Positions 26,790 to 38,702 of a DNA stretch of 64,000 nt are shown in pieces. The stretch is from NCBI GenBank assembly GCA_009602735.1, contig WELA01003517.1:149141-213140 (forward strand). The letters run 5' to 3'. Within the stretch, counting starts at the first letter, position 1. Each line of letters starts with the position of its first letter. The DNA is from Mesotaenium endlicherianum. Its lineage: Eukaryota. Below the pieces are notes generated by a model. The model was not told the origin of the DNA and did no database searches. It was given only the letters and a program-made list of their open reading frames with translations. The position numbers were made by a program, and so were the translations under genes.

Positions 26790-27117
26790 GATGATTATTC
26801 CTTGAGGCCCAAGTGTTTCCAATGGCTATAGCAGAGATAGGATCCACATTTTGTGGATAGGTTTGCATCCCCTGCAAACGGGAAATTTTTTAGATTCAAT
26901 TTTGTTCGTTCATGTCCCAAGTCTGCGTTTGACAATGCCTTCTTTGTTAGCTGGAGAGGTTAAACTAACTATGTTTTTGCTCCCCTCAAGCTGATTCCTC
27001 AGGTACTTGAGCATGCTAGGAGGCAGAGTACCCAGCTTACTTTGGTTATCCCTAGATGGCAGTCAGCTAGTTGTTGGCCTAATATTGATTGGGGAGCAAG
27101 AGAGATGGAATCCTGAG
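26790..27117 (+). pseudogene. DIRS DNA N6-adenine methyltransferase-like domain (disrupted)
   Basis: Manual translation: DDYSLRPKCFQWL*QR*DPHFVDRFASPANGK...CPKSAFDNAFFVSWRG*TNYVFAPLKLIPQVLEHAR...LVIPRWQSASCWP. This matches the DxFAS/N, DAF-W, (F)PP and LVIP-W blocks of DIRS MT domains. Confidence 0.8.
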
Positions 27118-27327
27118 GTAGTGGAGTACATATACATTGGGTATAGCAGGGAGGTCCTGTTGCGAGGAACAGATACTGCAGCTTTTGGAAAAAAATGAAT
27201 CTCATTCTGTGATATGATAGCTTTACTTCTTCATACCTGTGGCGTGTGAGCAGCTGATGTTATAGCCAGGCATCCTGAGCTCTTAGAGCTAGAGAAGGCC
27301 AAAAGATAAGATGTCTTGTAGACTCTT

Positions 27328-28030
27328 TAAAAGGAGCGGAGTACCCTTGTGGAAGCGTGGTGACTCAAGAGGAACAAAACTAGTGGCAATCATACTTAGG
27401 AGTACAGCGGCATATCACTAAGAAAGCTTAGGAAAATTTCTTAACATTTTGAATAGCAAGAAAGTGCTCACAGATGGAATAGGATGAAAGATCTTGTCAT
27501 TACAAACTCGTAGAAATTTACAGTATTGATAACTGATAAGAAACAAAGAAATTATGCCTATTTATAGTTTTCTACGACGACTGCTTGCCCCTAGGAGGGA
27601 GGGCCGCTTAGCAACAAAATTTCTAAGTTTTTGTCATATCGTCCCTTCCAGAATATTTGTGAGTAGGCCAAATCGGCCTCATCCGACGTGTCAGGCCAAT
27701 TTGACGTTCACATGCATGCATCAAAATATCTAGAATATACTAGCTTAGGCGCGCTAGGCAAATCCAAAATTTCTAGGTAAATTGACCTGGTCGACACTCC
27801 GCGTCAGCCAAAATTACGTGAAGGTTTGAATTTACTCTAACGGCTCAGATTGCTCGACGCTGTCGATCAATCCGACGATCGCGCTCGCCGCGAATTAAGA
27901 ACAGTCGTTGACCAACCTTGAACCTAATTAAACTTCAGAAATCCATAACTCTCTTAATACTTAACCAAATTCGACAAATTTTATATCAAAATGACCACAA
28001 AAATGCACTTTACACTTCTATGACCTTACA
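27328..28030 (-). repeat. 3' LTR of family B
   Basis: Minus strand starts TGTAAGGTCA after PPT GAGGAGGGGGATGA; homologous to 28535-29280, 47105-47852 and 54489-55235. Confidence 0.9.
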
Positions 28031-28534
28031 TCATCCCCCTCCTCAAGATGCGAAGACCTCAATGCGTTCTGCAAATAACGCCTCAACTTACTTTTACAAT
28101 GAGTCAAGTTGACCTCTGGCTCCCAAGTGTTGGCGTCCGCATGGTAGCCTTTCCACTTAACCAGATACTCTTGAACAAATCGTTGACCTCGCTTGACTCG
28201 TCGATCGTCGACAATCACCTCCACTTCATACTCCAGTACATCATCGATCTCGACCGGTGGTGGCGGTGTAGGTAGTAATTTTGGATGTCCTTCATTCGGG
28301 TCAACGTGTGGCCGCATATAACTGACATGGAACACATCATGTATACCCCAGCCTGAAGAAAGTTTCAACTTGTAGGCCACTGGAATCACCTGCTTGAGCA
28401 CCAAAATGGACCTGTGAATTGTGCTCGCAATTTCCTCTTGCCCGTGAAACGTAGATTCTCTGTTGACAAGAGTAATTTGTCACCCACATGGAATGTCACT
28501 TCCCTCCTGTGCTTGTTAGCATACTTGACCTGCT
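28018..28534 (-). pseudogene. Integrase C-terminus and chromodomain of family B (frame runs through the PPT into the LTR)
   Basis: IHDVFHVS, EYEVEVIVD...YLVKWKGYHADANTWEP. Confidence 0.9.
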
Positions 28535-29280
28535 TGAAAGGGGCGGGGTGCCCTAGTGGAAGCGTAGTGACTCACGGGGAAGAGAACTAGTTGCTATCAT
28601 ACTAGAGAGTACAGCGGCATGTCACTAAGAAAGTTTAGGAAAATTACTCAGTATTTTGAGTAGCAAGAAAGTGCTCACAAATGGATTAGGATGAAAGGCC
28701 CTGTCATTACAAACCAGTAGAAATTTACAGAAGTGAAAAATTGATAAGAAATGAAGAAAAGTTATGCCTATTTATAGTCTCTGCCTAAGTGCTCCTCTCT
28801 AGGAGGAAGCTACGGGATTTCCCGAGTGTTCGTCAATTCGTCCCTTCCTGAATATTTGTGAGTATGCTAGATCAGTCTGATCTGATGTGTTGGGTCGAAT
28901 TGATGTCCACATACATGCATCGACATTACTAGAATATTCTATTTTAGGCGCGCTAGGCTAAACCGAAACTTCTAGGTAAATTGACCTAGTCGGCACTCCG
29001 CGTCAGCCGAACTTACGTGAAGGTTCGAATTCACTCTAACGGCCCAGATCGCTCAACGCTGTCGGTCAATCCGATGGTCACGCTCACCGCGAATTATGGA
29101 CAATCATCGACCAACCTTAAAACTAATTAAACTTCCAAAATTCATAACTATCTCAATACTTAACCAAATTTGACACACTTTATATCAAGATAACCAAAAA
29201 AATACACTCTACAGTTCTATGACTTTAAATCATATATCTAAATGACTCAAAAATGCACTTTATAAGTCTATGACCTTACA
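28535..29280 (-). repeat. Solo LTR of family B inserted into a family B integrase
   Basis: TG...CA ends; TSD CTGCT (28530-28534 and 29281-29285). Confidence 0.95.
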
Positions 29281-30730
29281 CTGCTCTTCCTGTGCCTTCT
29301 GTATAGACGTCTTCGCCATGTCCAAAGTCTTCGCCATCTGCTCCATAAAAGCTTGTGTAGTAGGAACCTGAGTTTCCTTGGCCTTCTCGAGCAAGATGTT
29401 CCCTAGATGATAATCTTCTCTTCCATAAACCATAATGAATGGTGACTGCTTGGTCAATCTCTGCACGCTGTTATTGTAGGCAAACTCCAACCCTGGCAGC
29501 TTCTTGTCCCACTCTGAAGGGTCTTCCATAGAGAAACTCCTGAGCACCTCTTGTAGAGTTCTGTTGAGCCTCACTCTACCCGTCTGTCTTAGGATGATAG
29601 GAAGTGCTCATACTCAGCTTGGTCCCCATCAAAGTAAACAATGACCGCCAAAAGTTGCTAGTAAACTTTGGATCCCAATCTGAAACAATCACCTTCGGCA
29701 ACCCATGTAGCCTAAAAATATGATCAAAGAATAGCCGCGCTACATCTACTGCCGTACAAGTCTTGTTCATGGGAATGAAAAGAGCCACCTTGCTGAATCT
29801 ATCTGGCACAATCCATACTGCACTGTGTTCTTGACCACTCACTGGTAAAGATATGATGAAGTCACAGCAATTTGCTCCCAAGGATACTCTGGAATAGGCA
29901 GGGTTGCAATGTACCTCCCTTCTTTTGATTTGGTGTCTTGTTCCGCTGGCAAGCATCGCAACTCTTGATCCACTCCTCAATGTTCGTGTCCATATTCCTC
30001 CAATAGTACTATCGTTTCAGCACGCTTGCCGTCTTCTCGTGTCCAAAGTGTCCAGCATATAGGCAATCACGATGCTCCGCAAGTAGTAAGTCTCGTAGCT
30101 CCTTGACGTCGGGTACCACCACTCTTCTGGAATCACCATGATACCATATGCCGTCCTCCTTTTGCATACTTGAGTTGGACTCAGCTGCTCCACCATCAGC
30201 AAACGTCTCCCTCATGACCTCTCTTAAGCTTCTCCTTGAAGTCCATACTCTTCTTGATGATTGAGAGAGCTGCAAGGTCACACCTCTTGGATAAAGCATC
30301 TGCAGGGTTGATCTACTCAGGTAGGTACTCAATCTTGTGGTCGAACTGTTGCAAAAACTCCATCCACCTTGCCTGTCTTGGTGTCAACGTTGGCTGTGTC
30401 ATAAACTTTTCCAAGCTCTTGTGGTCGGTTTTGATGAAAACTTTTCGTTTGTCCACATAATATCGCCAAATCCTCAAAGCCTGGATAAGAGCCAACATCT
30501 CCCGCTCGTGTGTTGCATAATTCTTCTCAGCAGGACTCAACTTCCTGCTCTCATATGCCACACGTTGTAATCCTTTGCCCTGGTCCTGGAGAAGAATGGC
30601 TCCCACTACAAAGTTTGATGCGTCCGTGATGATGGTGAAAGGAAGCTCTGGACTGGCGATTGTCAACACAGGTGCTTGTGTCAACAACTCCTTAATCTTC
30701 TCAAAGGCTTGCTGCTCCTTGTCACCCTAC

Positions 30731-31639
30731 TGTAACGATCTGAGCTATTTAGGGCGTATTTAGGAATATTCCTATAACTACCTACAATACGTTACGCTAT
30801 ATATCAACATATTGTTGATAAATGATTGCATCTTGATATATTATTCGCCACACATGTGTGCCGACTAATTGATGGTCGATTAGCAAAACGACCAAGATGC
30901 TATTGCAAAAAGCGTTGTAAAGTAATTTGACTACTTTGCAATAGTTTGACATGATTAATCATAAGGTACTTTTATTAATTATGAGATAATAACCTAATTA
31001 ATCTTTGATTATTTAAGTTGATATGATTATGATTATTTTTAAATAATGCCTAAGTCATAGATTTCGGATTTACGACAAGTCGTAAAGCCGAGCGAAGTCG
31101 AAAAGTCAAACAAGTTATTTACGCAAAGTTACTTTGCATCCAGGCGGATTCAAACCCGCGACACCTCGTTTGAAACGTTCACACCTAACCAATTGGCAAA
31201 GTAGTTTTTACGGACTACGTGGTCATGACAAAACATGGTGTACGCGACCATTCGCGACTACGCAATCAGTCTCGTCTTTTCGAGGAAACTCATAGACGTG
31301 ACTACGAACAATCACGTCTATTTGAAAAGTCGAATCGATGTGACTCGCCGATTTGGCTTGAAACGATTTGACGCGGTTCGTCGAAAGTCTCGAAATCTCC
31401 ACATGGCGTGATTTCGTGCATTTGGTCAAAATGGTCACATCTATTTGACCGTTTTCGTTGACATGACCAGTGCCCTAGGTGGTGACTCGAAGCACTCGAT
31501 GCCTCACGTTGTGCGGGTATAAATACCCACAAGAACCATTGTGAGTGCAACTCTCACAAATTCTAAAGTTTTGAACGACTCCTTTCTGAACAGCTTAGAA
31601 AAGTTCCTCACGATACTCTTGAAAGTTCGAATTGTTACA
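30731..31639 (+). repeat. 5' LTR of C
   Basis: TGTAACGAT...TGTTACA followed by PBS. Confidence 0.95.
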
Positions 31640-32171
31640 TTGGTATCGGAGCAAGTCTTTGCTCCACTATGAAAATTAGTGCAGAATCGTTCAATTTTAT
31701 GCTTGATTGGTTCAAATTTGCAAAGCAATTTTATTTTTTTTTGGTGGTTTGCAAAGACACTAACTTGAGTTATTGTTGTGCTTTTGCCGAGGTAATCGAC
31801 GAGGAGACAAGGGGCCTGCTTCAAGCCGAATCCCGTCGAATCTTCCATGCCCAACCATGTCAGTCTGGTTGGCCCGAGAAGACCCGTCGACAAGCAGGGG
31901 CCTGAGGGGCCTCATTTTCTCAACGGAGCCAAGGAAATCCTTGGCCTAAGTCAAGAAGTGGCAGGGGTGGCTCTGACGCGCCTGTACCCCATCGCCTGGT
32001 TGAATCGTCCGCGAGGGTGGGGGCGTTGTCGTCCTTGCCTCCTCGCTCTCGTTTTGACAGCAAGGGGGGGGGTCTTGGGTTTCCCTCGCTCTCCCCTTGT
32101 TCACTTTGGTCACAGGGGTCTGTGTTATACCCCCTGGCCCGTTTAAAACGTGCGATCGGCATCGCACGGAC

Positions 32172-32543
32172 CCTAGTTTTGAAGTACTCGCGTATCGGCC
32201 TAGCTTGCCGTACCGATACTTCGTATCGCATACGTATACGTATCAAAAAAGAACTTATAAAAACTAGTGGTCTGTTTTTATTCATTTAACACCAAAATAA
32301 GATTTTCCCTTCCAAAGGCGGATGATTGACCCAATTTTTTTAATGACCATCAATACTTGACGCGCATGTCATTCTTCACTTAACGCGATCGACAAAACTT
32401 ACAATTATCAAAGTTTCCAAAAGGTACAGCCGCAAGCAACTTTGGCGTATTTTGGCGTATTTTACGAATAATTTTGGCACACCCGTATAAACGTATCCGT
32501 ACAAGCCGTATCCGTACAGGTCGTATCCGCATGTCAAACTAGG
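32172..32543. mobile_element. hAT-like MITE inside element C
   Basis: Terminal inverted repeat CCTAGTTT...AAACTAGG; 8-bp TSD GCACGGAC (32164-32171 and 32544-32551); clustered subterminal CGTATC motifs at both ends. Confidence 0.8.
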
Positions 32544-33710
32544 GCACGGACGAGCACGCCCGTGGCTAATTTGTAACTTTGAATCAGCCCGGTGGGCTCA
32601 GTTTGTGTTCGTTTTGGTCGTCGTATAGCCGCGCCATAGCGTTATGCTGACGCCATGCGGCGTCAGCATAATCCAATAAGTCTATCCGCGGGGGGGGGTC
32701 CTGGGCTTCCCTTGCCCCCCGTTTCTCTCGTCTTTCTTCTAGGGGGTCTTGTGGGGACTCTTTGAGGCCGTCCGATGTCGCGGCCCATGTATAGCGGCCC
32801 CGGATGTTCCGCGGCCACTTTTTAAATATGCCAGGAGCCCGGTGGGCTCCTTTTGATTTGTTTTGAGCCTGCATGGCCATCACGTGATGTACGGCCGTCT
32901 TGCGTCCGCACAAAACGGACCAGGCATGTGTGCCTGGCCCAAGCGTCTGTTTAGCAAGCAACATAAGTGGAAAATTTATTCGATTGGGGGGGGGGCATTT
33001 GCATATTTACCCCCTGCCCGTGCGGTCTTGCCACTAAGGGCGGCAAGTCCCGCTTTTCTGTTGGGGACCTGTTTTGGTCCCTTCTGTCACATAAAAGATC
33101 TGCCCGGGGCCCGTTTTGGCCCCGACATATTGTTCACTGGAATATTTATGCCAGCAAACAAAGACTGGGATTTGAAGTAATTCATCCCACGAAGGGGTGG
33201 CCCGGGTTTTATGGGAAACAGTCGGGTTTACCCTGATTGACTTTTGCGGACGAGGTGAGTGTCCCACAAGTTCAAATCCGTCGAGCCTGTGTGTGGACTT
33301 TATGTCCCGTAGCACACAAGAGGATTTTATTTGGTAGAATCCTAGATAGGGGAGTGTGGATTTTACAAAATCTATGGGCTTCCCCTGATTAACTTTGTAT
33401 GGACTTTCTGTCCCATAGCACATAAAAGGGTATTCTTCGGTAAAACCCTAGATAGGGGAGTTCGGATTTTACGAAAATCTGTGGACTTTCCTTGATTGAC
33501 TTTTATGGTCAAGCGAGACTATTTATTGGTCCCCCTTGCACATGTCAAGTCACCATTTGCAACCGTATGGGCCATTTTGCCCTGTTGCAAATAAGGGATC
33601 AGCACGGATTTTGTGAATGTTTGCCACCCATCCCACCCACATTGTGTTCATTCGTGCTACGCGCATTTTTCGACACAATCGACGGGCTCTCAGCCCGAAG
33701 GTCTTTTCCC

Positions 33711-34564
33711 TGTCATGATTTATTAAGTCGAAGTCGTTGCACGTATTCGAGCTACAAGCGTGTGAGCGATCAACCTCGAACGGGCAATTGCCTCTTTGCA
33801 TTTGTGTGATTTAGTTTATTAAGTTGCTATGCTCGCATGCCTAGGGGATAGATGCCACGTGACAAGTCAACACTTGTCACGTGCGCCAGACCTACTAGAC
33901 ACACCAGAGGTACGAATATCCCGTCCAAAACTGGACGGTGGCACTTGACTTTGTATACATAGCCACTACAGGCCGCAGGGACCCAAGCGACAGCCCGAAG
34001 CAAAGGCAACAAGGGTCGAGGGGGCCGCGTGGAGCCACCGGAAGGTGGCGGGCTTTTGCGCTTGGCCCAGGCTCACACGACAGCCAGCCCGAGCACTTTA
34101 TTGTGCTCGGCGCCAAGCGACGAGAGCCACCGAGGCCACGTGGCGTATATGTGTGTGTATGCAAAGGTAGATCTTAGATGAAGACTACATGCATTGAATC
34201 CGCGCCTAATCCGTCGGGTTTCCAGGAGTATAAGTACTAGAGATGTTCCTAGAGAGACATCTTTTTAGAAGTCCCCATTATGCCAGTTGTAAGTCACAGA
34301 GATCATCAGTAAAACTTACACTGTTATCCCTTGTGTTTTCAGCACCACTTAGTCTCTCTCTTGTGAAGAGCAAGCCTTGCTGGCTTCCAGTCACTTGAAG
34401 AACTTTACAAGTGGTGAGCAAATTCACAGCTTAAACCCCTGCCATAGGACTACTCCCGAAGATCATGATGTGCTTCCAGTGATCTTTTGGGCCATACTTC
34501 ATTAGTTGTATTCCTACCAGTTTACATTTTTGAGGTGCTCACTCTGGAGAGTACACACTCCCTT
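33711..34564 (+). repeat. Repeat A, left copy (lacks ~390 bp present in the right copy)
   Basis: Matches 38703-39141 plus 39531-39948. Confidence 0.93.
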
Positions 34565-34619
34565 ATCTCTAAAAAGATATCTCTTTGCTTCGCTTACAAG
34601 CATTTAAAATCTTGAGCGT

Positions 34620-35546
34620 ATGCCTACTCCAAGTGGGCTCGCTTATCAGCCTTACCACGAAAGGGTTAGTGGGCAAGACTCAGACTCAGATCTCAGTGCC
34701 ATCACAGAACCTTCTGAAGGGGATCATCAAGTGCCTCTTCAGCCTGTAGCTGTCATTGAGCCATAGCCTCAGTGGACTTATATTGATCTACAGAGCTCTA
34801 TGGCAAGAGACCAGGATACAAAGGTAGATAAGGCCCCCCTCTTCCGTTTCAGCGGTAGGCCAGGCACCTGTGATCTGGACGACACCATCTCTGAGTTTGA
34901 GGTTGACTTTGAGAACGCGAAGCTCAAGACGCCTGCGCTCACTAAAGCGGTGTACGAGCTGCACCGCTTCTATCGCCGCAAGGATGAGACGATTCGCATG
35001 ATGTACCGGCGCCTGACCCACCTACGACGAGACGTGGGCACTGTCACCAACCGGGAGGCTGCGGAGATCTTCTTGCGAGCCATCGATCCGCGTCTGAGGG
35101 AGAGGGCCATCGCTCCTCTCATTGATCGCGCCGGCGTCAACTACACGCTGGAGGATGCCTACAAAGCTGTAGAGCGTCAAAGTCTGGCTGCCGCATTGAG
35201 CAACATCAGCGATCGTGTGGGCCCCGCATCCACTGGCATACGCCAGGAAGCACCGGTGCTGCCCTCCTCGACAGCACGCTTTTCTCCTGCCCGCCAGCAC
35301 CAGCAGCAGCATTCGCAATGCTCGCAGTTGCCAGCACAGACGCAGTCTCACAACGCGCCACGTGGCCGTATCTCCATGGCCGCAACGACGGGCGACCTTT
35401 GCTGGGCATGTGGAGAGACGAGCCACACACGTCGTGAGTGTACTCTGGCGCAGAACGGCAGGCCAGGTGACTGCACAACCTGCGGCAAAGCAGGCCATGA
35501 AAGTCGTATGCTTGCAGCGCGACACGGAGGTTGGACGCGCTCATGA
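34620..35546 (+). pseudogene. Gag-like ORF of E with two zinc knuckles
   Basis: ATG at 34620 is in frame with ORF 34800-35546 across one TAG. Motifs: FRFSG, ETIRMMYRRL, FLRAI, CWACGETSHTRREC, CTTCGKAGHESRM. Confidence 0.8.
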
Positions 35547-35604
35547 TGATCCTGCGCCCTCTTCAGGCCAGCAAGGCATGCAGAACCCTTGCACGAGAGG
35601 ACGC

Positions 35605-36850
35605 CCCACGATCACGGCAGCCACGGCTACGACAAATGCTGCGCTGACCCCCACGGAGGACATCTTCAACTACGGCAATCTCAGCGATGCGCTAGCTGCG
35701 TCCGAGGCGGAGAACGCGCGACTCCGCGCCCTATTTGCTGCCGACAGCTTTGACACCCGCGGAGCCTTGGACGCACATGCACTCCCGGCCGACGCTGTGG
35801 CACTGACATCTGGCGACAACGCAGCACGTGCACGCACGCCCAATGCCGACATCTGGCAGTCCTTGAGCCGGCCACATGCCGCAGCAGCAGCGTTGCAGCC
35901 ATGCGCACGTCCGCATTACAACAGAGCGCCTATGACGGCAGCTACGGCTACAACGGATGCCGCGCTAACCCCTGGGGTCGACTATTGCAGCTTTGACAAC
36001 ATTAGCGATGCGCTCATGGAGGCCAACGCCGAGATCGCGCGTCTACGAGGCCTCGGCGTCGTCAACAGCTATGATGCGTGCGCAGCGCAGTTCATGCACA
36101 ATCCTTCGACCAACGCTACGGGGTTAACATCCGACGGTGGCGCAACTCTTGCGTGCACCCCCAGCGCCGACATTATGCAGCCAAAGTGCCTGCCAAGTTG
36201 CGTACAACAGCGTTGCAACCACACGCACGTCCGCATGACGACGAAGCGTCTAGGACGAAAGCTGCAGGCGCCGACGACGTTGCGTCTACAGTCCCAACGC
36301 ACCTCGCGCTGACACCTCTCAGCTGCGAGAGGGTATGCACCAACGCGCTGACAGATGGCAGGCCTCAGGCCTGCGCAGCTCTGGAAGCCCACGCTGCACA
36401 TGACCCCGCTGACGGGTCGATGCTGTAGCTACGCGCTCGTCCGCACGACAACGAAGCGCTCATGACGAGGGCTGCATACGTCGACCGTGACGCGTTTGCA
36501 GATCCAGCGCGCCCGGCTCTTACACCTGTCAGCAGCAATAGGGCAGGCCTCGACAAGCAGATAGGTGGCAGGCCCTCGGCTTGTGCAATCCTGGCAGTCC
36601 ACGCTGCACAGAGCCCCGCTGACGGGTCAACGCAACCGCCTCGCGCACCTCCGCACGACAACGGAGCGCCCATGACGAAAGCCGCAGGCACCGACATCGA
36701 CGCCTCTGCAGGCCCGCCTCGCCCCGCGCTGACACCTGTCAGCAACGACATGGCGAGTACCAATAGGTTGATCGATGGCAGGCCCAAAGCCTGTGTAGTC
36801 CTGGCAGTCGACGATGCAAGCGTACTCACCAACGGGTCCCCGAAGCAGCC
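35605..36850 (+). repeat. Coding-frame tandem duplications in the gag-PR linker of E
   Basis: Two ~321-bp units (register 35611/35932) followed by three 210-bp units (36252/36462/36672). Confidence 0.8.
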
Positions 36851-38009
36851 AGCGCAGCCCGCAAAGACGTCGACACACGCGCCTTTTCAGTTCGCTGCCC
36901 TGATGGAGCCAGCAGGGCTGCACAGCGCATGTGCAGCGACAGGTGACGCCCTGACGCGGACCCGCCAGTCGGCCATTCCGGCTGCAGCTTCAGCAGCCGT
37001 GCAAATTACGGCCGTGCGGACGTGCCCAATGTTGCGCACGAGCACGCAGCCACGGGACAGCCGCCCGCTGCTGGCTGCTGCTAGCAGCAGGTCCCAGCGG
37101 CCGCCGCCACGTATCGCGCACACGCTGGCCAAAGCGCCGACCTTTGGCAGTGGCATGGCCAAGCGCACACGCCCATCTATACCGACGCAATGATTTGCTC
37201 AACGCACGTTCGGCAGCAACACAGTCAACACATCTCCGACAGCAGCTGCGCACATGGCGCAACACCGGCAGCCAACAACGCGGACGGCTCCTACGTTGCC
37301 ACGCGCCCTGCCACAGCATCTCCGGCCTGGCACAAGTCTGGGACAAACCTGCCGCAGAATCGGCAGAAGTCTGGCAGAGGTTCAGGCCAAGTTGGGAGTA
37401 GGCTAGGCACAGGCCTGGCGGAGGTTCAACACAGGTTCGGCTCGCACCTGATTACAGCCGCCGCGACTACACCCTCTCGTCGCTCCACGCACGCCTCGAC
37501 CACCTTTGTTTGCCACGCACGCACGCTGCCACTTGGCAGGAGCGCAACGGCCGCCAGGGCACCACGCGAGCGTATGCTGCTGGCAGCAGCCGATTGGCCA
37601 GCAGCCTCACACAAGAGAAATGGGCCTGACCAAGGACGCCGCACAGAGGAGGCACCACGTCTTCCGCGTTTCTTCCGCGTGCTCGAGCCGCTGCCAGCGC
37701 CTGTTGCTCTCGCGCCTCACGCACTCGCCTCGCCTATGACGACGGTGCAGCTCAGCGCTGAAGTCGTCTCCCTGGCCTTTGCACCGCATGCCAGCGGTCT
37801 CCTTTGCAGACCTTAGAGTAACGCTGGAGGCGACGAGGCAGGCAGCTCAGCTGCTGTTGCAGCCTCGCAGTGGAGGTCTACGCACCGCCGCGGGCAAGCC
37901 AGCGTCTGACGCCGCCGCCGCCGTGCTCTTTGCACCCGCGCGACCTGCGCATGAGCGTAGGACGATAAGCAGTCCTAACGCCGCCTTTTTGGATAACGCG
38001 TAGGGGATC

Positions 38010-38510
38010 GTGCTCGTCAACACTCAGGCCCCGCAGCGGATCATGTTCGACACGGGCGCGCAGCCGGTCCTCATTGGCCTCAGCTACTTCCGACGGCTGG
38101 GCCTCTCTTCAAACGACTTGGAGGATTCGCCGACGCGGATCGACACGGCAGCTGGCACCTCCGAGTTTGTGATTGGGCGCACACGACTAGCGCTTTGCTT
38201 CACCTTCAGGCCAGGGACAATGGACGAGACAACCATCCATCGGCACGCCCTCGTGACTCGCTCTGAGACCTTTGACGTCCTCTTGGGACAGGAGGTGCTC
38301 TTTCCCATCGGCGCCGCGGTTGACAACTGGACCGAGCGCGTCCAATATCGGCCCGACTGGCGTTCAGGAGAAACCCGCACGGCTTCTTTGCCGCTCGACA
38401 TCGTGGACCGACGTCCGGCCATGACCGCTCTCTACGGCTTCCACGTCGGCTGCCCAAACCTACAACTGGCGCACGTGCCAGCTGAGACTGGTTCTGTTGC
38501 AAGTGCTTAG
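38010..38510 (+). CDS. Retropepsin-like aspartic protease of E
   Basis: IMFDTGAQPVLIG ... IDTAAG ... FDVLLGQEVL. Confidence 0.85.
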   Translation: MLVNTQAPQRIMFDTGAQPVLIGLSYFRRLGLSSNDLEDSPTRIDTAAGTSEFVIGRTRLALCFTFRPGTMDETTIHRHALVTRSETFDVLLGQEVLFPIGAAVDNWTERVQYRPDWRSGETRTASLPLDIVDRRPAMTALYGFHVGCPNLQLAHVPAETGSVASA

Positions 38511-38563
38511 CGTTAGCACTAGGCAGCAACAGCTCATCAGCTGGAGGCTGAGAGCTAGGGGGG

Positions 38564-38700
38564 GATTAAAACATCCAACGCTTGCCTCCCTTTTTGGCTA
38601 TAAAGCCCCATGTATTGTAGACTTCATTGCAGCAAAGCCTGCTTGCTTATTATGCATTGCTTGTGTCGATAGTACGCACCCGACCTCCTAGCGCACGACA
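38564..38700 (+). repeat. Repeat B, internal copy
   Basis: Matches 39949-40086; preceded by a G-rich purine run. Confidence 0.93.
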
Positions 38701-38702
38701 GC

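Larger units (their letters stand above)
24053..27327 (+). mobile_element. Decayed DIRS-type (tyrosine recombinase class) retrotransposon: gag-like, RT, RNase H-like, MTase; cut off by the LTR at 27328
   Basis: Broken gag-like frames with knuckle remnants (CYNYRQLGH, CYACGY); DIRS-type RT; Dam-like MT domain; many stops and frameshifts. YR and termini not seen in the window. Confidence 0.85.

Noticed and set aside
31847..33423. Short ORFs in the leader of C as gag
   Set aside because: No capsid or zinc-knuckle motifs; the region is repetitive and contains a MITE.
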